Both the position numbers and the translations under genes were made by a program. A DNA stretch of 64,000 bases from the human T2T-CHM13v2.0 reference genome, Homo sapiens, in the NCBI RefSeq assembly GCF_009914755.1, contig NC_060935.1, one strand, 5' to 3'. Positions within the stretch are counted from its first letter, which is position 1; each line of letters starts with the position of its first letter. Positions 44,901 to 56,124 of the stretch are shown in pieces. The notes under the pieces are model-generated. The model worked only from the letters and a program-made list of their open reading frames with translations, was not told where the DNA came from and searched no databases.

Positions 44901-47900
44901 AAATCAGTTTCTCAGAAAACTTGTTTCTAGTTTTTATCCTGGTGTATTCACTTTTTGCCATTGCCCTCAGTGAGTTCCCCAGTGCTGAATCCAAAGAAAG
45001 TTTTAACTCTGTGAAGTGAATGAATTCTTCACAAAGCAGTTTCTAAGAAAGCTTCTTTCTAGTTCTTATCTGAAGATATTTCCTTTTTCACCATAGGCCT
45101 CAAATCTCTGCCAAATATCTCTTTGCAGATTCTAATATATCAGCGTTTCCAAACTGCTGAATGAAAATAAATGCTAAACTCTGCTAGATAAATGCACACT
45201 TCACAAAATGCTTTCTCAAATATCCTCCTTCTAGCTTTTATCCTGGGTTATTCACTTTTTCACCTTTGGCCTCAAAGAGCTCCCAAATGTCCATTCGCAG
45301 AATGACAAAAACAGTGTTACCAAACTGCTGAATCCAAAGAATTGTTTAAACCTCTGAGATGAATGTACACATCACAAACAACTTTCTCATTAAGCTTCTT
45401 TCTGGATTTTATCTGAAGATATTTCCTTTTTCACCATAGGCCTCAAAGCAATACAAAATATCTTTTTACAGATTCTAAGAAAACAGAGTTTCCAATCTAC
45501 TGAATGAAAATAGTTTTAACTCTGTGAGATGAACACACAAACCACAAAGTGATTTCTCAGTTAGCTTGCTTCTAGTTTTTTTTCTGGGATATTCACTTTT
45601 TTGCCCTCAGTCTCAATAAGCTCTCAAATGTCCATTCACAGTATGGACAAAAACAGTGTTACCAAACTGCTGAATCAAAAGGAAGTTTTAACTCTGTGAG
45701 ATGAAAGAACACATCACAAAGCAGTTAATTAGAAAGCTTCTTTCTAGTTTTTATCTTATGATATTTCTTTTTTCACCATAGGGCTCTATGCACTGCCAAA
45801 TATCCGTTTGCAGATACTACAAAAACAGTGTTTACAAACTACTAAATGAAAACAAAGGTTTAACTATGCTAGATGAATGCACACATCACAAAGCCATTTC
45901 TCAGAGAGCCTCCTTCTAGTTTTTATCCTGGAATATTCACTTTTTCACCATAGGACTCAACGAGCTCCCAAATGTTCATTGGCAGAAAGGACAAAAACAG
46001 TGTTACCAAACTGCTGAATCCAAAGAAAGTTTTAACTCCGTGAGATGAAAGCACAGATCAAAAAGCAGTTTCTCATTAAACTTCTTTGTGGTTTTAATGT
46101 GGAGATATTTCCTATTCACCATAGTCCTCAATGCACTACAAAATATCTCTTCACAGATTCTAAGACAACTGTTTTGAAACTGTTCAATTAAAAGAAAGGC
46201 TTAACTCTTTGAGATGAATGCACATGTAACAAATCAGTTTCTCAGACAAATTCCTTCCAGTTTTTATCCTGGGTACTCAATTTTTCACCATTGGCCTCAA
46301 AGAGCTCCAAAATGTCCATTCGCAGAATTGACAAAAACAGTTTTACCAAAATTCTGAATCCAAAGAAAGGTGTAACTCTGTGAAATGAATGCACACATCT
46401 GAAACCAGTTTCTCATTAATGCTTTTTCTAGTTTTCATCTGAAGATATTTCCTTTTTCACTATAGGCCTCAATGCGCTTCTAAATATCTCTTCACAGATT
46501 CTAAGAAAACAGTGTTTCCAAACTGATGAATGAAAAGAAAGGTTTAACGCTCTGGAGATGAATGCACAGATCCCAAACGATTTTTTATTATGCTTCTTTC
46601 TAGTTTTTATCTGAATGTATTTCCTTTTTCCCTGTAAGACTAAATGCACTGTGAAATATCTCTTTGCAGATTCTAAGAAAACAGTATTTCCAAACTGCTG
46701 AATGAAAAGAAAATTTTAACCCTGTGAGATGAATGTACACATCAGAAATCAGTTTCTCATATAACTACTTTCTAGTTTTTATCCTAGGATATTCACTTTT
46801 GCATCACTGGCCTCGATGAACTCAAAAATTTCCATTCGCAGAAAGGATAAAAACAGTGTTTCCAAACTGCTGAATTAAAAGAAAGGTTTAACTATGTGAG
46901 ATGAAAGAATGCATCACAAAGCACTTTCTCAGAAAGCTTCTTTCTAGTTTTTATCTGAAGATATTTCCTTTTTCGCCATAGGCCTCAATGAGCTGCCAAA
47001 TATCCCTTTGCAGATTCCACAAAAAAAGTGTTTCCATACCGGCGAATGAAAAGAAAGGTTTAACTCTGCTAAATGAATGTCCCCATCACAATGCAGTTTA
47101 TCAGATAGCTTCCTTCTAGTTTTTATCCTGGGATATTCGCTTTTTCACCATTTGCCTCAATGAGATCCCAAATGTCCATTCCAAGAATGGACAAAAACAG
47201 TGTTCCCAAACTGCTGAATCCAAAGAAGGGTTTAACTCTCTGAGATGAATGTACACATACCAAACCAGTTTCTCATTAAGTTTCTTTCTAGTTTTTCTCT
47301 GAAGGTATTTCCTTTTACACCATTGGCCTCCATACTCTTCCAAATATCTCTCTGCAGATTCTAAGAAAAGAGTGTTTCTAAAGTGCTGAACAAAAAAAAA
47401 AAAATTAACTCTGTGAGATGAATGCACACAACATGAATCAGTTTCTCAGAGAACTTACCTCTAGTTTTTGTCCTGAGATATTTGCTTTTTCAACATTGGC
47501 CACAATGAGTTCCAAAATGTCCATTCTAAGAATGGGCAAAAACAGTGTTTCCAAAGTGCTGAATCCAAAGAAAGATTTAACTCTGGTAGAGGAATGCCCA
47601 CATCACAAAGCGGTTTCTCAGATAGTTTCCTTCTAGTTTTTATCCTGGGTTATTCACTTTTTTTTGCCATTGGCCTCAATGAGCTCCTAAATGTCCATTT
47701 GCAGAATGAACAAAAACAGTGTTAACAAACTGCTGAATCCAAAGAAAGGTTTAACTCTCTGAGATTAATGCACACATTCCAAATCAGTTTCTCATTAAGC
47801 TCCTTTCTAGGTTTTATCTGAAGATATTTCCTTTTTCACCATTGTCCTCCATACTCTTCCAAATATCTCATTGCAGATTTCAAGGAAACATTGTTTCCAA

Positions 47901-48100
47901 GCTGCTGAATGAAAAGAAAGTTTTAACTCTGTGAGATGAATGCACACATCACAAATCAGTTTCTCAGATAACTGCCTTCTAGTTTTTATGCTGGGATATA
48001 TGCTTTTTCACCATTGGCCTCAATGAACTCCCAAATGTCCATTCACAGAATGGAGAAAAATAGAGTTTCCAAACTTCTGAATCCAAAGAATGGTTTAACT
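39000..48100 (-). repeat. Sub-domain with eroded 4-monomer (~683 bp) higher-order periodicity ('CTCATTAA' family)
   Basis: CTCATTAA at 39265, 39945, 40633, 41311, 41999 and 42681, then less regularly at 43195, 43882 and onward to 47791. Boundaries are approximate. Confidence 0.8.
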
Positions 48101-49299
48101 CTGTGAGATGAATGAACACATCACAAAGCAGTTTCTCAGAAGTTCTTTCTAGTTTTTATCTGAAGATATTTCTTTTTTCACCATAGGCTGCAATGCACTC
48201 CCAAATATCCCTTTGGGGATTTTGCCATAACAGTGTTTCCAGACTGCTGAATGAAAAGTAAGTTTTACTTCTGCGAGGTGAATGCACACGTCCCATAGCT
48301 GTTTCTCAGATAGCTTCCTTCTAATTTTTATCCTGGGTTTATCCGGGCTTTTTTACCATTGGTCACAAAGGACTCCCAAATATTCCTTCGCAGATTCTAC
48401 AACAACAGTGTTTTCAAATTGCTGAATCCTCACAATGGTTTAACTCTGTGAGGTGAATGCACGCATCACAAAGCAGCTTCTCAGAAAGCCTCTTTCTAGT
48501 TTTTTTTCTGAAGATACTTCCTTTTTCACCATATGACCCAAAGCACTCCGAAATATCACTTCGCAGTTTCTACAAAAAAAGTGCTCCGAAACTGCTCAAT
48601 GAAAAGAAAGGTTTAACTTTGCGAGATGGATGCACACATCACAAACCAGTTTCTCAAAGAGCTTTCTTCTAGTTTTTATCCTGGGATATTCAGTTCCTCA
48701 CCATTGACCTCAATGAGCTCAAACTTATCCCTTCACATATTCTACAAAAACAGGGTTTCCAAAATGCTGAATCCAAAGAAAGTTGTAACTTTGGAGTTCG
48801 ATGCACCTATCACAAAGCCATTTCTCAGAAAGCTTCTTTATAGTTTTTATCTGAAGATATTTCTTTTTTCAACATTGGCCTCAATAAGCTCCCAAATATC
48901 CCTTCAGGGATTCTGCCAGAACAGCGTTTCCAGATTGCTGAATGAAAAGTAAGTTTTACTTTTGTGACGTGAATGCATACATCACAAAGTGGTTTCTCAG
49001 ATAGCTTCCTTCTAGTTTTTATCCTGGAATATTTGCTTTTTCACCATTGGCCTAAATGAACTCTCAAATACCCCTTCACTGATTCAACAACAACAGTATT
49101 TCCAAACTGCTGAATCAAAAGAAATTTTAACTCTGTGAGATGAATGCAGATATCACAAAGCAGTTTCCCAGAATGCTTCTTTCTAGTTTTTCTCTGAAGA
49201 TAGTTCCTTTTTCACCATCAACCTCAATGTACTCCCAAATACCTCCTTGTGGATTCTGCCAAAACAGTGTTTCAGACAGATGTGTGAAAAGAAAGTTTT

Positions 49300-50050
49300 A
49301 TTTTATTTTATTATTATTGTACTTTAAGTTTTAGGGTATTTGCGTACAATATGCAGGTTTGTTACATATGTATACATGTGTCATGTTGGTGTGCTGCACC
49401 CATCAACTCGTCATTTAGCATTAGATATATCTCCTAATGCTATCCCTCCCCCATCCCCCGACCCCACAGCAGTCCCCAGTGTGTGATGTTCCCCTTCCTG
49501 TTTCTATGTGTTCTCATTGTTCAAAGCCCACCTATCAGTGAGTACATGCAGTGTTTGGTTTTTGTTCTTGTGATAGTTTGCTGAGAATGATGGTTTGCAG
49601 CTTCATCCATGTCCCTACAAAAGACATGAACTCATCATCACTGGCCATTAGAGAAATGCAAATCAAAACCACAATGAGATATCATCTCACACCAGTTAGA
49701 ATGGCGATCATTAAAAAGTCAGGAAACAACAGGTGCTGGAGGGGATGTGGAGAAATAGGAACAGTTTTACACTGTTGGTGGGACTGTAAACTAGTTCAAC
49801 CATTGTGGAAATCAGTGTGGTGATTCCTCAGGGATCTAGAACTAGAAATACCATTTGACCCAGCCATCCCATTACTGGGTATATACCCAAAGGATTATAA
49901 ATCATGCTGCTTAAAGACACATGCACACATATGTTTATTGTGCCACTATTCACAATAGCAAAGACTTGTAACCAACCCAAATGTTCAACAGTGATAAACT
50001 GGATTAAGAAAATGTGGCACATATACACCATGGAATACTATGCAGCCATA
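49300..50050 (-). mobile_element. LINE-1 3' fragment, 5'-truncated and 5'-inverted (twin-primed), L1PA4-like, ~0.75 kb
   Basis: T-rich tail at 49296-49318, then antisense 3' UTR and ORF2 end to 49638, then a sense ORF2 C-terminal piece at 49631-50050 ([22 protein letters not shown]). Older-type sites CAGGTTTGTTAC and CATGTTGG are present. Degenerate TSD 49286-49299 vs 50051-50064. Confidence 0.93.
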
Positions 50051-51722
50051 GGAAAGAAAATCTTAACCCTGCGAGCTGAATGCACACATCAAAAAGTGGT
50101 TTCTCAGTAGCTTCTTTCTAGTTTTTATCCTAGAATAGTTACTTTTTTTGCCATTGGCCTCAATGAGCTCCTAAATGTCCATTTGCAGAATGGACAAATA
50201 CAGTGTTTCCAAACTGCTGATTCCACAGAAAACGTTAACTCTGTGAGATGAATGCACACATTGCAGATCTGTTTCTCAAATAGTTTCCTTCTAGTTTTTA
50301 TCCTGGGATATTCTGTTTTATGCCATTGACATCAATGAGTTCCAAAATGTCCATTTGCAGTAAGTCCAAAAACAGTGTTTGCAAACTGCTGAATCCACAG
50401 AAAGGTTTAACTCTGTGAGTTCAATGCACACATCACAAAGCAGTTTCTCAGAAAGTTTCTGTCTAGTTTTTTTCTGAAGATATTTCCTTTTTCAATATAG
50501 TCCTCATTGCACTCCCAATTATCCCTTCGGGGAATCGGCCAGAACAGTGTTTCCATATTGCTGAATGAAAAGTAAGTTTTACTCTGTGAGGGGAATGCAC
50601 ACATCACAAAGCTGTTTCTCAGATGGCTTCCTTCTAGTTTTTATCCTTGGATACTCACTTTTTGGCTATTGGTCGCCAAGAGCTCCCAAATATTCCTTCG
50701 CAGATTGTACAAGAACAGTGTTTTCAAACTGCTGAATCCACAGAATGGTTTAACTCTGTGAGATGAATGCACACATCACAAAGCAGTTTCTCAGAAAGCT
50801 TCTTTCTAGTTTTTTTCTGAAGATATTTACTTTTTCACCACAGAGCAGTTTCTCAAATACTTTCATTCTAGTTTTTGTATTGGGATATTTGCTTTTTCAT
50901 CATTGACCTCAAAGAGTTCACAAATATCTTTTCTCAGATTCTACAACAACAGTGTTTCCAAACTGCTAAATCCAAAGAATTGTTTAAATGTGTGAGGTAA
51001 ATGCACATATCACAAAGTGGTTTCTCACATAGATTCCTTCTAGTTTTTAACCTGGGATATTCGCCTTTTTGCCATTGACCTTAAAGAGCTCCCAAATGTC
51101 CCTTCGCAGATTCTACAACAACAGTGTTTTCAAATTGCTGAATCGAAAAACAGATTTAAATCTGTGAGATGAATGCACACATCACAAAGCTGTTTCTCAG
51201 AAGGCTTCTTTCTACTTTTTATCTGAAGATATTTCCTTTTTCACCATTTGCCTCAATGAACACCCAAATATCCCTTTGCGGATTCTGCCAAACAGTGCTT
51301 CCTGACTGCTGTCAGAAAAGAGTGTTTTAACTCTGCGAGGTGAATGCACACATCACAAAGCCGTTTCTCAGATAGCTTCCTTCTAGTTTTTATCCTAGAT
51401 ATTCTCTTTTTCACCATTGGCCCTGATAAGCTCCAAAATGTCCATCCACAGAATGAAAGAAAACAGTGTTTGCAAACTGCTGAATCCACAGAAATGTTTA
51501 CCTCTGTGAGATAAATGCCCACATCACAAAGCAGTTTCTGAGACAGCTTCTTTCTAATTTTTATCTGAGAATATTTCCTTTTTCACCTTAGACCTCTATG
51601 CTGTCCCAATTATCACTTCGTGGATTCTATGAAAAGAGTGTTTCCAGACTGCTATTGGGAAAGAATGTTTTAACTCTTCGAGATGAATGCACACATCACA
51701 AAGCAGTTTCTCAAATATCTTC
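50051..51722 (-). repeat. Alpha satellite, reverse orientation
   Basis: 171-bp monomers resume in register after the L1. Confidence 0.96.
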
Positions 51723-51890
51723 CTGGAACTGCAGGTGACTGCTGCCATGCCCAGCTAATTTATTCCATTTTTAGTAGAGACGGGATTTCACTGTGTTACC
51801 CAAGATGATCTCAATCTTCTGACCTCGTGATCCTCCAACTTTGGCCTCCCAAAGTGCTGGGATTCCAGGCTTGAGCCACCACACCTGGAC
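51723..51890 (-). mobile_element. AluY-like partial element (consensus ~1-168; 3' part of right arm and poly(A) missing)
   Basis: TTTTTAGTAGAGACGGG, GACCTCGTGATCC and GGCCTCCCAAAGTGCTGGGATT are present. CTGTGTTA and GACCTCGTGA are Y-type. No tail or left TSD is visible. Confidence 0.92.
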
Positions 51891-54800
51891 TCCTTCTTCA
51901 CTGTAGGTCTCAATTCACTCCCAGATATCCCTTCACAGATTCTACGAAAACACGGTTTCCAAATTGCTGAAGGAAAATAAAGGTTTAACTCTGCAAGATG
52001 AATGCACACACCAGAAAGTGGTTTCTCAGATAGCTTCCTTCTAGTTTTCATCCTGGAATATTCACTTTTTCACCAATGGTCTCAATGAGCTCTGAAATAT
52101 CCCTTCACATATTCTACAACAATGTTGTTTCCAAATTGCTGATTCAAAACAAAGTTTTAAATCTGTCAAATGAAGGCACACATCATAAAGCAGTATCTTG
52201 GAAAGCTTCTTTATGGAAAAAGATATTTCCTTTTTCACCATAGACCTCAATGCTGTCAAAATATCCCTTTGCAGATTCTGCCAAGACAACATTTCCAGAC
52301 TGCTGTATGAATAGAACGTCTTAACTTTATGAGATGAATGCACACACCCCAAAGTGGTTATTCAGATACTTTCCTTCTCGTTCTTATCCTGGGATGTTCC
52401 CTCTTTTTCCATTGGCCTCAATTAGCTCCCAAATGTCCATTCACAGATTCTACAATAATGTTTGCAAACTGCTGAATCCACAGAAATGTTTAACTGTGTG
52501 ATATGAATGCACAGATCACAATGCAGTTTCTCAGAAAGTTTCTTTTTGGTTTTTATCAGAAGATATTTCGTTTTTCACCATAGGCCTCAACGCACTCCTA
52601 AATTTCCCTTTGCAGATTCTGCCAAAACACTGTTTCCAGACTGCTGAATGAAAAGAAGGTTTTAACTCTGCAGAAAGAATGCACACATCAAAATCAACTG
52701 CTCAAATAACTTCCTTCTAATTTTTATCCTGGGATATTCGTTTTTTCACCATTGGCCTCAATGAGCTCTCAAATGTCCATTTGGAGAATGGACAAAAACA
52801 GTTTTTGCAAACTTCTGAATCCACAGAACGTTTTAACTCTGTGAGACTAATGCCATCATCACAAAGCAGTTTCTCAGAAAGCTTATTTCCAGTTTTAATC
52901 TGAAGATATTTCCTTTTTCACCATAGGCCTCTTTAAGCTCCCAAATATCCCTACCCAGATTCTGCCAAAACAGTGTTTCCAGACACCTGAATGAAAATAA
53001 AGCTTTAACTATACGTGGTGAATGCGTATGTCAGAAAGTGGTTTCTCAGATAGCTTTTTTATAATTTTTTTTACCTGGGATATTTTCTTCTTCACCTTTG
53101 GCCTCAGTGAGCTCCCAAATGTCAATTCGAATATTCTACAACACTGTTTGCAAACAGCTGAATCCATGGAAAGGTGTAACTCTGTGAGACGAATGCACAC
53201 TTCACAAAGAAGTTTCTCAGAAAGCTTCTTTCTATTTTTTATATGAAGATATTTCCTTTTTCACCATATGCCTCAATGTGCTCCCAGATATCCCTTTGCA
53301 GATGCTACAAAAACAGTGTTTCAATACTGCTGAATGAAAAGAAAGGTTTAATTCTGTGAGATGAATGCACAAATCACAAAGATGTTTCTCAAATAGCTTC
53401 CTTCTAGTTTTTAACCTGGTAAACTTGCTTTTTTGCCATTTGACAAAAAGGGCTCCTAAATGTCCATTTGCAGAATGGACAAAAACAGTGTTTACAAACT
53501 GCAGAATCCACATAAAGAATTAGCTCTGTGAGGTGAATGCACACATCACAAAGCAGTTTCTCAGAAAGCTTCTTTGTAGTTTTTATCTGAAGATATTTCG
53601 TTTTTCACCGTAGGCCTCAATGTGACTTTATAACCTTGCAGATTCTACAAAAACAGTTTTCCAAACTGTTGAATCCAAAGAAAGGTTTAACTTTGCGAGG
53701 TGAATGCACACATCACAAGGTGGTTTCTCAGATAATTTCCATCTGCTTTTTATCCTGGGATATTCAGTTTTTCCTCTTTGGCTTCATTAAGCTCCCAAGT
53801 ATAACCTCACAGGATCTACAAAAACAGTGTTTCCAAATTCCTGAATCCAAAGAAAGGTTTAAATCTGCAAGATGAATGCACACATCACAAAGCAGTTTTT
53901 CAAGTAGATTCCTTCTGATTTTCATCCTGGGATATTAGCTATTTCACCATTTATGTCAAAGAGCTCCTAAAAGTCCATTCACAAAATGAACAGAAACTGT
54001 TTTTCAAGCTACTGAATGATAGTAAGGTTTAACTCTGTGACTTAAATGCACACATCAGAAAGCAGTTTCTCAGAAAGCTTCTTTCCAGTTTTTATCTGAA
54101 GATATTTCCTTTTTCAGCATAGGCCTCTGTGCACTCCCAGATATCTGTTCGCAGATTCTGTGAAAACAGTCTTTCCTAACTGGTGAATGACAAGAGAGCT
54201 TTAAATCTGCGAGACGAATACACACATCAAAAAGCCGTTTCTCACATAGCTTCCTTCTAATTTTTATCCTGGGATAATTGCTTTTTTGTCATTGGCCTTG
54301 ATGAACTCCCAAATATACGTTATCAGGTTCCAAAATAACAGTGTTTCCAAACTGCAGATTGCAAAGAAAGGTTGACCTATGTGGGATGAGTACCCACGTC
54401 TCAAAGCAGTTTCTCAGAAATCTTCTTTCTAGTTTTTTGTGAAGATATTTCTTTTTTCTCCTTAGGACTCTATGGGCTCCCAAATATCCCTTCATGTATT
54501 CTGCCAAAACAGTGTCACAAGAGTGCTGAATGAAAAGCAAGTTTTAACTCTGTGAGGTGAATGCTTATATCACAAATTGATTTCTCAGATAGCGTCCTTC
54601 TTGTTTTCATCCTAGCATATCACTTTTTCGCCATTGGCCTCAAGGAGCTCCCAAATATCCCTTCACAGATTCTACAAAAACAGTGTTTCCAAACTACTGA
54701 ATCCAAAGAAAAGTGTAACTCTGTGAGATGAATGCACACATCACAAAGCAGTTTCTTAGAAATGTTCTTTCTAATTTTTACCTGAAGATATTTCCTTTTT

Positions 54801-55833
54801 CAGCAGGGGGCACAAAGGTCTCCCAAATATCCCTTCATGGATTCTGTCAAAACAGTATTTCCAGGCAGCTGTATGCAAAGAAATGTTTAAATCAGTGAGG
54901 TGAATGCCACACATCACAAAGCAGTTTCTCAGATCACTTCTTTCTAGTTTTTATCCTGTGATATTCGCTATTTCACCATTGGCCCCAGAGAGCTCCCAAA
55001 TGTCCTTTCACAGAATGGACAAAAACAGTGTTTCCAAACTGCTGATTCCACAGAAAGGATTAACTCTGTGAGACGAATGCACACATCACAAAGCATTTTC
55101 TCAGAAAGCTTCATTCTAGCTTTTATCTGAAGATATTTCCTTTCTCACCATAGACCACAAAGCACTCAGAAATATAGCTTCTCAGATTCTACAAAAATAG
55201 TGTTTCCAAACTGATGAATGAAAAGAAAAGTTTAACTCTGACAGATGAATGCACATATCACAAAGCGGTTTCTCAGATAGCATCCTTCTGGTTTTTTTTC
55301 CTGGGATATTCCCTTTCTCTCCTATGGCCTCAGAAAGCTCCCAAATATCCCTTTGCAGATTAAAAAACAACAGGGTTTCCAAATTGCTGAATCCAAAGAA
55401 AAGTTTAACTCTGTGAGATGAATGCACACATCACAAAGCAGTTTCTCAGAAAGTTTCTTTCTAGTTTTATCTGAAGCTATTTCCTTTTTCACCATATGCC
55501 TCTATGCGCTCCCAAATATCCCTTCACAGATTCAGCCAAAAGAGTGTTTCCAGACTACTGAATAAAAAGAAAGTTTTATCTCTGTGAGATGAATGCACAC
55601 ATCACAAAGCAGTTTCCTGATAGCTTCTTTCTAGTTTTTATCATGGGATATTTGCTTTTTCACCTTTGACCTGAAAGAGCTCCCAAATATCCATTCACAG
55701 AGTGGACAAAAACAGTGGATGCAAACTACTGAATACACAGGAAGGATTAACCCTGTGAGATGAATGAACACATCACAAAGCAGTTTCTCAGAAAGCTTCT
55801 TTCTACTTTTTGTCTGCAGAGATTTCCTTTTTT
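51891..55833 (-). repeat. Alpha satellite, reverse orientation
   Basis: 171-bp monomers between the two Alus. Confidence 0.96.
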
Positions 55834-56124
55834 GGCCAGGCGCGGTGGCTCAAGACTGTAATCCCAGCACTTTGGGAGGTTGAGGTGGGCAGATCACAAG
55901 GTCAGGAGATTGAGACCATCCTGGCTAACACGGTGAAACCCCGTCTCTACTAAAAATACAAAAAATTAGCCAGGCATGGTGGTGGGCACCTGTAGTCCCA
56001 GCTGCTCAGGAGACTGAGACAGGAGAATGGTGTGAACCTGGGAGGTGGAGCTTGCAATGAGCCAAGATTGCACCACTGCACTTTGGCCTGGGTGACAGAG
56101 CAAGACTCCATCTCCAAAAAAAAA
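55834..56124 (+). mobile_element. Full-length AluY-like SINE with short poly(A) and 16-bp TSD
   Basis: Starts GGCCAGGCGCGGTGGCTC. Carries Y diagnostics ATCCTGGCTAACACGG, GAATGGTGTGAACC and GGAGCTTGCA. TSD AGAGATTTCCTTTTTT (55818-55833) vs AGAGTTTTCCTTTTTT (56125-56140). Heavy CpG decay. Confidence 0.96.

Larger units (their letters stand above)
27008..49299 (-). repeat. Diverged alpha satellite array, reverse orientation
   Basis: Continuous 171-bp monomers between the two L1 insertions. Confidence 0.97.

Noticed and set aside
49551-50110. Chimeric ORFs across the small L1
   Set aside because: They are read-throughs of the inversion junction and the L1-satellite boundary.
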